Below, piece by piece: positions 1 through 14,207 of a stretch of DNA of 64,000 nt. The stretch is from Lingula anatina. Its lineage: Eukaryota > Animalia > Brachiopoda. Each line of letters starts with the position of its first letter. Position 1 is the stretch's first letter. The DNA is taken from NCBI GenBank assembly GCA_051362555.1, contig CM120645.1, positions 10,416,001-10,480,000 on the forward strand. Direction: 5' to 3'. Below the pieces are notes generated by a model. It saw nothing but the letters and a program-made list of their open reading frames with translations. It had not been told where the DNA came from and did no database searches. The translations under genes and the position numbers were made by a program.

Positions 1-329
1 TAAACAACAGTGTAGTTTGTGGTACAGTATATCCGTGTGTGAAGAAATCGATTTTTTTGTTTCATTTTCATTTTAATAGTTGACTGGGATTTCAAAGGCC
101 GTCTATGCAAAATATAAGGCTTACTGGATAATGCAATTAGAAAGTGAGACAAGTGTTTTCGAAGAAAATAAAGTGAAAGTAGCAAATTATTGGTGAGACT
201 TTACAAAAAACCTCCTTTAATGTTCATCTAAAGTTTGGTTCAAATGACACTCAATGAAGACTTGGTTTCTTTTCAGTTATTTCCATATGCAGTTGTAAAG
301 ACAACATTGTAAAGAAATAAAATGTTGAT

Positions 330-332
<3 letters not shown>

Positions 333-374
<42 letters not shown>
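333..374. repeat. (AG)n microsatellite
   Basis: Direct reading of the sequence. Confidence 0.95.
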
Positions 375-375
<1 letters not shown>

Positions 376-1937
376 ACATAAAAGTATGGAATGAGTGGGT
401 ATTAGCAGACTTTCAAGTATTTATTTTAAATAACATTAACATAATGCTTTTTTCATATTAAAAGTGCCACTGTCACTATTTCCCCGTGATGTAAGCCTGA
501 TTAAACAGGGATGTTCACGTCGAAACGAGCTTTGAAAAGCCCCTTATCAGGTCAAAGTTACCCTTTAAAAGACATCACACTGACATCGCATTCATTAATG
601 ATGTCTTGCTGATGAATAGCTGGCGGAGGTTTGCACTTCCGTTCCTATCACTCTCACGCGTCGTAAAACATGCTCGGGGATTACAATTAAAGTTGTCGCT
701 CAAACTCTTGTAGATCTAGGGTTCTAAGGCGGGGATGGGAGAGGGGAGGGGGTGAGGTTGGCACGTGGGTGAAATTTCATCTGATTCTGCATATGTATAC
801 CCTAGTGTATATATTCTGATTTAATCCAGGCGCTAAGAGCTTTAAAGCCAACTCAACTGTGCCTTTTGTTTCACCGCAATCAAAAAGAGTTCAACCATAA
901 GATCACTGTAATCTTTTATTGTTACTGTAATTTTATTCTGGCCTCAGTCTGCTTTATATCAAGAGTATTCGGGTACTGTGCTCAAAACAGCTATTAAATC
1001 GCCACCTCAAGGTAAAATATTTCACAGTACAGAAAAGCTACATACACATATTAATGAGAAAATATAAAACATAAATGTCCGCCGAGCCGCTTCTGCTGGC
1101 TCAGGCGCATTATTTTAACAGTTAATATATGACACCGTCACATGCGTGTAATCAGTCGGGAAAAAAGATATTCATATCAAGTTACTGTGGAGACCCCCTT
1201 TTTTGGTGATTATGGCTTGGTTAAAGCTGGACGTGTTTTAACCTTCTCTGAAAATTGCTGAAAGAATCTTAACTAAAAAGACAAGGGGTTGTTCAGAGAA
1301 ACTCTACTGGAAAAGATAAAACACCGCTTTTCAAGCTTTGGTTATAAGACTGACTCTAATATGAACCCCCATTCAGTCACCTTCATATCCAAAATAATTA
1401 TCGCGACGTCTGTAAGGTAGTGCACTGAAGAGAATGAGGTTATACGCTAGCGCCAAGACTATAAAAATCATATCCGTATTATGGTGAACATATTTTAATG
1501 CAAAATATTCACCTTGATGATGGGATTAAGTTGCGTCTTTTAAAATCCAAATGCTAGTACCCAGTACGATGATGAAATTATAATATGTGCTCGTCTTTTA
1601 ATGCAAATCATTGCGTTATGACATAAGGATGGGAAGGCCTGTTGTATACCACAAATGAGACTACGTGAGAAGTGGAGAAAATCCAACGAGACGTGAGTGA
1701 ATCGCCTCGTGCTGGTTGCCTTCGATGTCTGCGTGGCATCTGAAAGTTTGTAAGTATATCACATCAAGTAAAAAGTCTCTCTCGAAAAGAGAATCGATGG
1801 TTTTGTTTTGTTCATGCTGCCAAAAGAATTCTAATTGCTTTATGTACTATGTATATGGTCGTTAAATTTATACTTCTCTGTTAATGGCATGCCGTACCAT
1901 ATCATAATTCCGTACCATATCATAGTTCAAATAACTT

Positions 1938-1941
1938 GCGC

Positions 1942-1998
<57 letters not shown>

Positions 1999-2200
1999 CT
2001 TGTTTCTAATCTGTGTGCATGCGTGAGCGTATGACAGAGAGTGTGTGAGCCTATGTCTCTCTCTCCCTCTCTTTCGGTCTGTATTTTTGTTTGCGTGTGT
2101 GAGTGATTGTGTTTGTGAGTGTACGTGTCCGTATTTATGTGTTTGCGATTGGCATGAATTACGTGTGTGTGAGTGTGTGTGTGTGTGTGAGTGTGTGTGT
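1938..2200. repeat. Compound (GC)n/(GT)n/(GA)n microsatellite region
   Basis: Direct reading; it explains the low-complexity ORFs at 1835-2456. Confidence 0.9.
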
Positions 2201-4607
2201 GCGTGGAGGTGGGAGGGGTGCCGGGATTGCCTTGCATGGAGAGAAGACAATCGAGAGAGGCCAGATAGAGCCTTACAATGAGTCTGAAAAAAGAAAACAA
2301 CTGGTCAAGTGGATAATTTTTGCACTTGTTTTCATATTTACACCCTCTGGTACGGCGATAATGTTAAAACAATACTGTGGATTTGTTATATTTACAAACG
2401 TGCATCTTTTAAGACGAACACGAACCCTCTATTTATTGTGCGCGGTAGCAGAATAGAACATGGAACGTTTATACGTATAACTGATAAAGCTAATTCTCTA
2501 CCAAGTACAATAGCCAAAGAAGACTACTGGAAGAGAGTAAATAAATCCATATTTACAATGTTACAGACAGAGGGGTGTGAACGGAAACTGACTTTTATTA
2601 CTGACCAGTAAAATAAAAAAGTAATACCCAAGATTCAACGTTAACGTTAATGTGTGAAGAAGGTAAGTGCAGGTAGGCTACGACTTAGCAAAACCTCACT
2701 GCTATGGCAATTAATATGGTGAGTCAGCATCGTGCATGGAAACTGCTGAAAAGCCACAGTTCAGCCACAAAATGTCAAATTTTCCCCGAGGGCTGTGTCA
2801 TTTCTTTAGGAAACTGAAACGTGTAGGTCCCTATGTATTGTGTTTTTTCCTGCTATTGCGTACATACAAGTTGTTTTTGTATAGAAACCTACGATTTTTC
2901 GAAATAATTGAGTTTTACATAAAAAGCATAGATGTTATGAAGTAGTTATTCGTATACGGGCACACACCATTTAGGTATAGTTTCATCGTACGAAAATGCA
3001 TTCTACCTAATAAGATGGATGAGGGACGTTTTATGGTTTGTAGGACCAATATTGTAAGGTATGAGTGTTTGTTTAGATTAAACTGCTTCAAGATGATGAT
3101 AAAATGTTATGAACCGCTTATGTGTTGGACATCCTTTAACATTCAAATACGATAACCTATTTGAAAAACTGATCTCATTATTGCGTCAACCAATAAGCGA
3201 CATTGCTCTCCTACACAATCTAGTGCCATCAATTATCATTTAATAATAATACCGGCAGCTCAATGATTCTGGCGCCCATTGAGCTTTTTAGCATGAAGGG
3301 CGGGTTATTTTGAGATAAGGTAAGCCTAATATTAAATTATGTATGGAATGGCTGGATAAGTAAGAGAGGGATATAATGCCTGTTGGTGCCGACGACGCTT
3401 TATACGGACACGAGAAATATGCAAGATACGCCAGCCATTATTTCAAACCACCATCAAATATAAAATCACGTACAAAACAGATGATGAGCAAATATGCGTA
3501 TACCTAGCTTTACCTGAAGTCAAGACAAACCCCAGTGGATGGAGCCCCCGTAAGGTGTTGAAGCGGAGTTAGATGAATTCTTTATTGCTTCAGTCTTGAG
3601 GATATACCGCGTTAACGTCTAAAAACACACGCACGCGCACGCGCGCGCGCGCGCGCGCACACACACACACACACACACAAACACACCGTTTTTAATCTTT
3701 TAGTTCGCTTGGCGAACGTATTTTGGCCCACTCTCACAAATACGTACTAAAAAAAGTCTGCAATATTTGAAATTCATTTGCACTGGTGTGTATTTAATCT
3801 TGACTATCAAATATTGCAAACGCCCCGACTTTGAAGTGAGAGAGGGCAAAAAAATGTTCTCCAAGAATAGCACATCGGGTGTAACAGGTAGCTTTAGCAA
3901 TATCAATGGCTGGCACCTTTAATCAAGTGGATTTTATTTTCAGATTTGACAACATGTTGAGTAAATGTGTAGGCCTACTCATATCATGTTGCATATTTAA
4001 CATTTTATGAAACTCATTGTTGATAACATAGACATATTTTCCCTCATATTGCAGAAAATAAGATAGGAAATAATTTCCCCAGGGTTGCTGTTTTAGTGTG
4101 ATGTGTATACAGGGATATCATATTTTAAGTGAACGACTGAAGTGGCAATGTGGCATCTGCATTTAAAGATCATTTGCAAGAATGGCTTGATTTTAAGCTT
4201 AAAGAGACAGAGAGCGAGTTTTTAGAGTTAAATACATGTACTACTCATGAAGCAAAGTTCGATCGCTGAACATTACGATACCTTTATCTTAATGACTATT
4301 GTGAGCGACAACACCATTATCAGTATTAATTCATTCAAAACAAAATACCCTTACATGTTTTCCTTAATACTTCGAATGTTTATTACTCTCTCTCTCTCTC
4401 CGATCTTTTTTTTTCAATGACTACGGCAGTGGATGCAGTTTGAATGCTTATGCTTTTTAACAACTGACGGGGTTTAAGTCACGTAATTCCGGTTATGCAC
4501 CACACGCTGACTTTTTTTTTGATACAAAAATAGAAATCTTCACCTGCATCCTTGAAGTTTTAATTTCTCTTGCAGTGCGTGGGTCATATCGTACACAAAA
4601 AGCGAAG

Positions 4608-6114
4608 ATGAAACGGAAATGTCGTCCAGTGATCTTCACTATAGTTTGGACTCTAATCGGATGTAGTTTCGTCAGCATCATCACTCAAAGCTTCCGACAG
4701 TGTAAGACGTGTTATCCTTCAACAAAAAACCTCAATTTGGAGACCAAAGTGGGTAGGTGAGGCTGCCTTAATACGCACGAAAAGAAGTTTACTGTGGTTA
4801 TTTTCATTGTTAAGATTTCTTTTTTTCACTTTTGTCAGTATATATTCACAGAGCAAACCCTAAATGTCATAAGACCAGCTTAATTCTGTGAACTTGCAAA
4901 AAGTCAAGATTTTTCCTTTGACCGAAATACAGCTTAATCGAGATTCATGTAGCTATGCTGTCATAGGCCCCATTCAGAATAAGGGACCAACTAGTCCGAG
5001 GGTCAAATATGGCCGACCCACTTGAATACTTCCCCATGTGATATCTATTCAGTGTCTATGAGCTGATAAGACGGCAAGCTTTGTAGTGGGTTGCCATATT
5101 TGACCCGCGGACAAGTTAGTCCCCTATTCTAAATGGGGAACTTACGGGATTTAACAAAGATTCTGTTTTCCAGGCACTTTCCAAACACCATCGGCGAGTC
5201 CAACAGTCAGAGCAATGTCAAATGAAAAAGTGACTAGCAAGGTTGCATCGACAAGAGTTCCTGAAATTGCAACTGCTGTCTCCAAAGTCTCACATTATTT
5301 ACAGAACGTGCCGTTCACTTTAGTTACAGGGGCAGACAGCTTCTATTTTGGAGGACTTGCTAATCTGGTTGGGTCCATTCATTTCTGGGAACCCAAGAGG
5401 AACATTGTTGTATACGATTTTGGACTAGAGCAAAAGCAAATTTCCAAAATAAAGACCTGGTGTAAAACGAAACTGGTAACTTTCGATTTTAAGAATAAAC
5501 CAGAACATGTTTCAAATTTACTACTATACGCTTGGAAACCGCTTGTGATTAAAGAAGCCGTGGACAGATTTGGAAAAATATTTTGGCTTGACGCCGGATG
5601 TGACGTCAGAGGACCTCTAAACAAAGTTGACGAATACCTCCGCCAAGACGGTCATTTCTTCGTGCAGGGGCAAGACACAGATATGACCGGCTTCGTTCAT
5701 CACAAGATGTTTGATTACTTCCAACAACCCCGGACCCAATTTAAAGGAAAATATTCATTTGCCGGTGGTATAAGCGGCTGGGTAAAGGACAGCCACGCCT
5801 ACACGACTGTCTTACCAAGATGGACGTCCTGCGCTTTGGACGTGGCCTGTATCGCACCCAAGGGGTCCAGTATGGGCAATCACAGGTTTGACCAGGCAGC
5901 TCTCTCTATATTAATGTATAGTTCTGGGATAAAAGTTACCGCTCACACTGAACTCTTGGCTGCTGAGAGGAGGCAGTTAAAATCAAACCAGCACGATCCT
6001 AGCACCTACGTTATATACACGGCAAGAGGGCGCAGTTCCGATTACAAGGCAGATTTGTGTCGCAATACTTCAGTGTTTATTCCTACTACAACTGGCTTAT
6101 GGAGTACTATATAA
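4608..6114 (+). CDS. DUF1647-family protein, putative type II membrane GT-A-like glycosyltransferase; 2 coding exons (4608-4752, 5174-6114)
   Basis: Exon 1 MKRKCRPVIFTIVWTLIGCSFVSII (basic residues then hydrophobic anchor) ends at g|gtaggt; phase-1 acceptor ttccag| at 5173 joins in frame to the 299-aa ORF. Motifs VYDFGL, YAWKP, WLDAG and HRFDQAALS resemble DUF1647 proteins (recalled family knowledge, not searched). Confidence 0.8.
4966..5140. mobile_element. MITE-like element in the DUF1647 intron
   Basis: Imperfect ~55-bp terminal inverted repeats (ccccattcagaataagggaccaactagtccgagggtcaaatatggc ... gccatatttgacccgcggacaagttagtcccctattctaaatgggg). A related terminus occurs at ~6498-6555. Confidence 0.6.
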
Positions 6115-8251
6115 CACGCTTTGAACACATGCTGGCTGTCTTTTTAAAAGTGCGGATTGGATGGTATATAAGTTTAATAGGTAGACCTCTTGGTCTGATC
6201 TTAACTACTTTGGTAAGCGTGCATCTTATTAATAAAACACCCTTTAAAGATTTCAGTTGTTTTAAATAAATTCTTTAACTTAATTTAAACGGACGGGGTT
6301 TTTCGGGAGGAAGGATGTCATAACTTTTTTTCTCGGGTGGCTGCAATCTTATGTAGTTCTCGAAAAAAAAGTTTACGCCTCTCCACGCGTCTGGTCGAAT
6401 AGAGTCGAGATTTAATTACCGTGCTCCTGCAGGGACGAAGCGCGTGAGAGGCGGAGAGACCAATCAGGATTAAGCGGTCTTCATTTCATGTAGGTCCGCC
6501 ATATTTAAGCTGTGGACCAGTTAGTACTCGAATCATCTATTCTGAATGGAGCCTTACGCACACTATTAACGCGACTGCATGCGTTCGGGCGTTTAAGGGT
6601 TATAGTATGTATATCAGCTACATTAAGAAAATCAAGTCAATATACCCAAACCAAAATTTATTAATTTCAAAAACAACAACTTGCAGCCTTCAACAAAGAT
6701 ACTTTCCATATCCCCTAATAACATCTTGGCTATCCCAATTATGTATAAATAGCCAAAAATTCCCGATCAAAACCACCCCCATTATCTTTGGAACCACAAT
6801 TTTCACATGGCATACAAACAATTAAGGTAAGAACTTTACACACAACATACATGCTGTGCTTCAGGACTGTATATTCAAATACAGAAAAATATTATTTACT
6901 TATCAATTATTTAATAATAAACAAAAGAGATAACACAATATATTTGATATTAACCAAGTAAAGACGTCCTAACGGTTATCAAATGCTAATCAAAAAAGTA
7001 AGTTATAGTGGATCCCAAAGTATTTACATAAGACAAGTTGCACACCAAGAGCCAAATGAACACAATTACTTGAAATATAGGTGGCAGGTCGGTCGTTTCC
7101 AAGGTACAAGAGTGTGCCCCAACCAAAAGTTTATTTACGACTACATATATAACAACAAATCACAGAAAAGCACCATCATTTTTCCACTTGAACAAAAATT
7201 TGCCACCTTAAAATTACTATTTTAAAAAATGTCTTTTTTTATGGAATGCTATACCCCCCCTTGCTCACCTTGTGAAAATAACATTAAGTGAATCTTGCCA
7301 TACCTCCCTATTTAATCTACCTGTTATTAACTAATCCTTGACACTTATTATAATAATCAAATGCCTCTAAAATGCTCCACCACCTTTAGAAAAGAAAAGA
7401 AAGAAAAACATTCTGCTTTGGATTTTGATTGTTGTGTGCTAATCATGCTCTTAGCTTTAATCATGGTGACATTTTTATGAAGTGCTCAGATATGTGAAAA
7501 TTGTTGATTTCTCTTTGGTTAGTTTCAGATACAAAGTAACCATGTATTTTATTACTTGGGTAAATACATAACTAGAACATATGAACATTCACCAAAAATA
7601 TTAAATTGCATTGCATTTATACATACACCCCCAAAACAACCACCTTCTAGAATATGTGAACCTGAGTACTGCGCATTAAGCTTTTACATTTTCACACATT
7701 ACCCTAGAATATTGTCCTAAAAAAGTTTTTCACGGGAACTGTATTTAATTAATATAACAATAATCTTGAACAATCACACGCTTAATGTTAACACTAAAGT
7801 CATATCTGTGAAATGTAATAAACAGCACCTGTTTTCACTATTTATCTAAATATAAAACTGGTAGTGTTTAAGTATCTGGTGTCATAGCATTAGTCTCTTG
7901 TGTTTAACAAATTAGCAAGAGGCAGAACTACTGGATATCTGAATATATATGCACGAAGCAAATAGTCCACCCAGGTCCAATATAAAGGTGCCAAACAGTT
8001 GCTTCAAGTATAGAAGTCAGGTCTGTAGCTTCTGCTTTCCAAGGATAGATGTCAGGTCTGTAGCTTTCCCTTTCCAAGAATAGGTGTCAGGTCAGTAATT
8101 AAATTTTCTCTCATCTAAGGTGTATTCTGAGCATATACATGTGTCAATAAATAAGTCCAGAACCAGTTTCTCACAGTAACCCAAGCTCCATGATATAGGT
8201 GTCAGGTCTGTAGATCTCAATTTCCAAGTATAGATGTCAGGTAAGTCGCCC

Positions 8252-11200
8252 TCACTTTCTCCCATCTTGGAGAATTCTGAGGATGTAGAGGAAGAGATTG
8301 AGGATGTCCAGATACAGGTTGATAGAGGCCAGGATGTACTCCTCAGGAGACAGCTTGTGCATCAACATGTGTGTGTCAAACACGATGAACAGAGAGAAGA
8401 GGACAGCCCCTCCAATTGACATCATTCGCTCAAGCATCGGGCTTTGGAAAAAGAACTGAAAAGAAAATAGAATAATTTGTCATTTAAAATGAACATTAAA
8501 CATTTAAATTTAAATTGCAAGAAAAACATTCTTAATTATCTGTAAATTCCACTTTTTTATTAAAAACTAGAAAATAAATGAAACAATAAATAAATAAATA
8601 AATAAATAAATAAGTGAAATTAATAAATGATTCAAATAACACAATCAGAAGATCAAAACTATGAAACAGACATAACTTTTATGCAAAAACACCACACTTT
8701 TCAATAACAAATAAAAAAATAATGTGTCTGGTAATTTTAAGCAAAAGAAAGTTCTTTTTTCTCATATTCCAATGGTAACATACCTGCAAAAAGCCAGCCA
8801 AGATCAGAATCCAGAGAACAGAGAACAGGCTGTAAAATAAACATCATCCATTATCTTACTATGACAGAAAATAAAGAGATTCTTGTATAGAAGAAATGAT
8901 GGACACTCTGTAATCAGTAGTGGAAATCATAGTAAATCACACAATCTGGAGACAAATCTGTCATAATCCAAATACACTGATAATAATGTTCACTCCTTCA
9001 TGTACTTAATGTGGGAAGAAATATATATATATATATTTCAGTAAAGAAAAATTGGTAGTGGAATGATCCAAAATTGTTGCAAAACTGTTTCAGTATCATT
9101 TCTAAACAAAGAGCATGCTAGATAATAATCAGCCATGAAGCTCCTCTGTCACAGAAATTTCCATTATTATCATTATTTTAAGATAGATAGGGGCATATAA
9201 TAATCCTAATCACAGACTAAAAACATATCACTATGATAATAGCTGAAAAACTACGCGGAATACCAATTACAAATACTAGTCTAAGAAAAAATGGTTTGAC
9301 CTGGGAGTAATTGCAAAAAAATTGAAGTATGGTTTTTTTTTTAGTCTTTGGGTAGCCTATGTGATCATAATAAAAATCTAGGAAAATTCAAGTAGTGGAA
9401 CAGGTATTTTTTGGGGAACAGAACCAATAAGGCATTTGCCCTATAAAACATTCTAATCAAACTGATAATTTCTACACATGATATAATTTTACTCTATTAC
9501 ATCAATCACACTATTACAGTAATAAATTAAAGTTATAAAGACGACAGCCATCACTTACCCAGCACCCCAGGAACTGAAGTCCTTCTTGCTCTGCTTCTTA
9601 TCAAACTAATAATTTCTACACATGATATCATTATGCTATATTAAATCAATCATATTATTGCAGTAATAAATCAAAGTTAGAAAAGACAGCAGCAATCACT
9701 TACCCAGCACCCCAGGAACTGAAGTCCTTCTTGCTCTGCAGAGTGTAGACAGTGAGAGCAATGACCACGGCACAGGTCAGTCCAAAGGCCTCCAATACCA
9801 CTCTGACATCATAGAATGTAACTGGAAACAAGGCATTATGGAATACTTAGAGACAAATACAACTTCAGGATTATGAATATTATCATCATGCTTTGGGTAT
9901 ATCAACTGGAAAGCTGGGCTGTGGAACAAATAAATTATATACCATGTCTGTTGTCATATTCTTATTAAATTTTGATGGATTAAGAAATTTGGCCTTGCTT
10001 TCAGAAAATAATATAACTAAAGATGTCTTTATAACGAATGCACTCACCAATAACACCAACTGAGTATGCCTCTGCTAAGGTCTGTAAGAGAAAAGATGGT
10101 AACAATAAAAAGAACTGAATACCTTTCATTATAACAAGGCAACAATATCAAGCTGTGAGATATATTGCTAATAACAAAATATGACGTGGTGAGGTCTAGG
10201 GGGCCTGCTTAGGCCAATGCTATTTTTAGTTCCTAAAAAGTCAGAAACTGTCTGTTGTTGGAAAAATCTCGTTCCTTTACACATATACTGTCACGGACAT
10301 AAATATATGCAGTTTACATCCACTTATGTCTGTGACAATACTAAAAAAGATATTCACAGAACCATGCAGTAAGAGAACAAACTGAAGCAGTTATCATTGT
10401 GGGTACTTACAAAGAGTCCCAGGAGTATATAATTAGCAGGTGTCTCTTGTCTTTTCCACATCAGAGCAAACAGTAAGACAAATGTGCTGATGATGGCCAC
10501 CAAGACCATCCAGTTACTGAAATGTTTGGAATTCTAAATTATAATGTGAAAGGCAGTGTCATTTACTAGCTACATGTTCTCCTTTAAATCACAGCTTAAT
10601 CTAAAATAAAAATAATTATCAGTAAAACTTATTATTAGAACTTTTTTCCTCCTGATATCTGATGATAATGAAAAATACAAAATTTTGCTAATAAAAAGAC
10701 ATAGAAAAAGAAGAAGGAAAATCTTTATGGATTGCAGTTTTAAATAAAGCAGATACAACAAAAACATATTTACTTCTCTCTGACAAATCCCTTCACACTG
10801 TCTACGCTGATGAAGAGGGCCCCTGTGAGTGTTGTCAAGACCAGTTGTGCGGCCAAAATACCATACACTTTACGTAGGAATCCTGAAAATACAAGATAGT
10901 GTGAGTTACTTAGCCTTTAATAATAACAGTAATAATAACATAAAATTTATAAAATAATTTCTTGAAATAAAAAACTAAGTATTTTTGAAATATAACCAAT
11001 GAGATCAATCTTTATATAGTTGTGTGCTTACTATAATTTACACTTGCCAAAAGAAACTTTGGTATTGTTTTGTCCATTGTTTACTATAAGTACACTATAG
11101 CTAATAAGTCCCCGGTCACTTTAATAGCACACGCTGTCTACATCAGACGCGCTAATGCGCACGTCCCCGACAGTGTTAATGATAGGGGGATTACGATGGA

Positions 11201-13805
11201 CAGCGCATGTTGCTCACAGCAGTAGGCACTGTCGCCGAAGTTAAACCGGTAATTAAGTCTTTAACTTGACTAAACATGTTTTGCTTTGTAACTTGCGTCC
11301 TTCAGTCTTGCTGTTGCGGAAGCGCCGGCGGGACATATCTCCACCTTGCCGATATTTATCCCGACTCTCGACTTTAAAAGTATTATTGGTTTTGATTTTA
11401 TCAAAGTCTTATTATATCAGAAAACCTGCATATTTTCATACGTTAAGAGAATTATAGAAACTGTAGAAAAAGCTACTCGTACATCAGGGATAAAAAACAA
11501 CACCTTGCAGCACTATTACCTATTATTCATCACCAGAAGTTACTGTTTCACTTTTTTCTCCCAAATTACAAAGTCTGATGACAACTGAAAGCCTTTAGCC
11601 ATACCTCAGGGCAGTGGGAGATAGTCTGGATTTGATTAAATGTAATAAAAGTATATTTTGAAGAATTTTCCTAGCCTTCGGCAATTTCCGCAAAGCTTCG
11701 GCAACCTACCTGACGGGAGTTCGTGTCCCTGTCGGTACTTTTGAAGATTTTGAAATTGTCATTATTATAAATATCTATTATCACACACAACCAAAAGACA
11801 AATTAGACCACGTTCGTCCTCTTATTAAAACAAAGAATGTAAAAATGTGATGTCGGTCAAAGAAGAGGCCTAGGCTACGTGCTTCATGGTTTATTAGATA
11901 GGCCTATTAATCGGATTTTAGTTCATTATTATAGCTTCACCTCGCGAGACCCTTTTTTATATATTTAAAACACAGCACCCCACAGGTTTCGCGATCATGA
12001 AGAAAGGGAGTGTAGCAAAGAACCTCATTAATGGTCGTAATAATAGGTGGTTGCATTGTAGGCCTAACCTTGTTCATTTTAGTCGACAGACTAAGCTAGA
12101 AGAAAGAAAAGATCATTATCGCCTCTCTTTACTTAGGAACAATAAGGATGGCTAGTGGCAGCATTTATAAGTTCTTTTATTTAGAAACTTTCCGATCCTT
12201 TGTCTGGGACTGCGTCCGAGAAACGGCGATAACGACAGAGACGTCCTCGAACATTTTGGACTCAGTGCAAATAAAAAAAAATCCGTTAAGAAGTAGCCTT
12301 TAAATGTCCTGGCAAATAATTTTGCGATGGCTCAGAGAGTTCTAGAATGAATGACAAGCAACGACATTAGGGTTAATACTAATAATAGACTAAAAACTAT
12401 CAGAGTGTAGGCCTGTCTTACTTCATTTCTAAGGCCATCTTGTGATACGAGTCATGCTACACTACAAAAGAGGGGGTAGCAGTGGATGATTTAATACAGG
12501 GATACCATCGATAGTATATCAATAGAAAATCGCAATCCCTAAATGTTTTTTAATTCATTAAATATAAACGGTCTTTTCTCGTACAATGGGTCTGGTATAG
12601 TTGTATTGGCCTATCAGTTGGAAACACGTGGTTCGTCTACAATTGCAAATGGCGGAGGTGCCGTGGTAGTTATTGTCGTAAAATTAGCTGGATACAGTGC
12701 ACGTGAGAAAATTATTCATTAAATTAAGTTTTCGAGCGTCAGCTTAATCTGGTAAAATGCGAGACGAAAAAAATGATAGATAGAGCCTTATGACCCACTG
12801 TAGAATGATGCCGAATAATACATCAACGACGTAGTTTATCGGCAGATAAACGTGTTTCCATTCTCGGCTGACTGAGGAAAGGTTTGAGAGAGCATTTAAA
12901 GAAGAGGCGGTCGAACCAATAGTGAGTAGGAAGTGTGCTGCAATCAAGACGAACAATACCGATCATAGGTGGACAGCTAATAACCCCTAATTAACCCCGG
13001 GTTACGCGCTGCTGTGTTGACTCCTTGCTGGGAAGGGGTAGCGGCCTCCTACTGCTGTGTGTAATCAAACATTGTCTTCTAACATGCGGCTACACGACGG
13101 TTGCATTGTATTAATAAAGTAATACCTATTCATAAGGAAGGGGGCAGATGGTAATCTTAAGAGAATTAAATCAGTTATCGATCATACGCGTACCAATAGT
13201 CGTGTTTTTTTTAGCTATACGGTAGATCAATGTTTGGAACAAGAGGATGGGGATTATTTATGTATATATATTTAAGCAAAAAGTACTTGTGCAAGTCAAG
13301 ACATAACAATACTTGTAGCCGGGCAAAGTGAGTAAATAAATCACATAAAATATTTTATTCTTATTACTTTTGTTATTCTAACTCATTTTCTTTTTACCTC
13401 ATTATCATTTTAATGTCATAATTTATTCATCTTTTATTAATCAACACAATATTTTATTTTAACCTCCCATAAGCGTGTGCAGTAAACATGTTTTACCCTC
13501 TTTAAATAAAGTTTATTATTATTATTATTATCTTAAACCACCTGTCTAAAATTTAATAGGGGATTTCCATAATATCGTCAAAATTCCCCTACTAGTACTT
13601 TCACTTTCTACTGAACGGCTTTACTGAAGTTAATGCATAAACCACGGGAAATATTACATTACAGTTCTAAGTGAAATGCAAACCTTTAATTTTAATACTC
13701 ACCCATTCGTATATAGACATGAGACTGGGCAACGTTAGAGCCGTACATGAAGTCATCTTCTATACTAGCATGCTTGCCTTGGCCCGACGAATTCAAGGTC
13801 GCCAT
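8252..13805 (-). CDS. TMBIM4: Protein lifeguard 4 / GAAP (BI-1/TMBIM family); 7 exons: 13805-13703, 10882-10774, 10516-10411, 10081-10048, 9821-9704, 8829-8784, 8455-8252
   Basis: Spliced translation [44 protein letters not shown]...[15 protein letters not shown]...[36 protein letters not shown]; all introns GT-AG and in phase; matches recalled TMBIM4 signature segments. Confidence 0.95.
9452..9739. repeat. ~145-bp tandem duplication covering the 3' end of a TMBIM4 exon and its splice donor
   Basis: acttacccagcaccccaggaactgaagtccttcttgctctgc occurs at ~9553-9594 and 9698-9739; the adjacent intronic parts are diverged copies of each other. Confidence 0.85.
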
Positions 13806-14207
13806 TTTCTCACTTGTTTTTTTCTCCCTTTCTTAGTTTCTACAAAATATTTTTGCTGCGTCCAAAGGTAGCACGTGTATCTCTATTTCATGAGGAATAA
13901 ACTGATAACAGGTGTTTGTCTTTTTGTCTCTGTGTCTTCAGTTTATCAGCTGTGAATCTCGGTATTCGACGCTCAATATGTTTACGTGCAACTTCTTCCC
14001 GGAAGCTAGTTGGAATGGGCAAGTAATATCAATCGATACTAACATGGTTCGAGTCATTATTTACTGTATTTTCATGGATGATAAAAGTCAAGTTTAGATG
14101 AACAGTCAAGTTTTTTTGTGTGAAGTCGCTCCAATAATTTGCTTTCATCTTTCTTCGAAAAAACTTTCTAATTGCATTATTCATTAAGCCTTATATTTTG
14201 CAAACAG

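Noticed and set aside
1835-2456. ORFs rich in HT/CV/RE dipeptides
   Set aside because: Translations of dinucleotide microsatellites.
11130-11260. Possible ncRNA or ribozyme in TMBIM4 intron 1
   Set aside because: No hammerhead, snoRNA or snRNA core motifs recognised; better explained as part of a degenerate element terminus.
12422-12438. Alternative TMBIM4 first exon (ATGGCCTTAGAAATGAA|gtaaga)
   Set aside because: It ends in phase 2 while the next exon needs phase 1; the true exon 1 is at 13805-13703.
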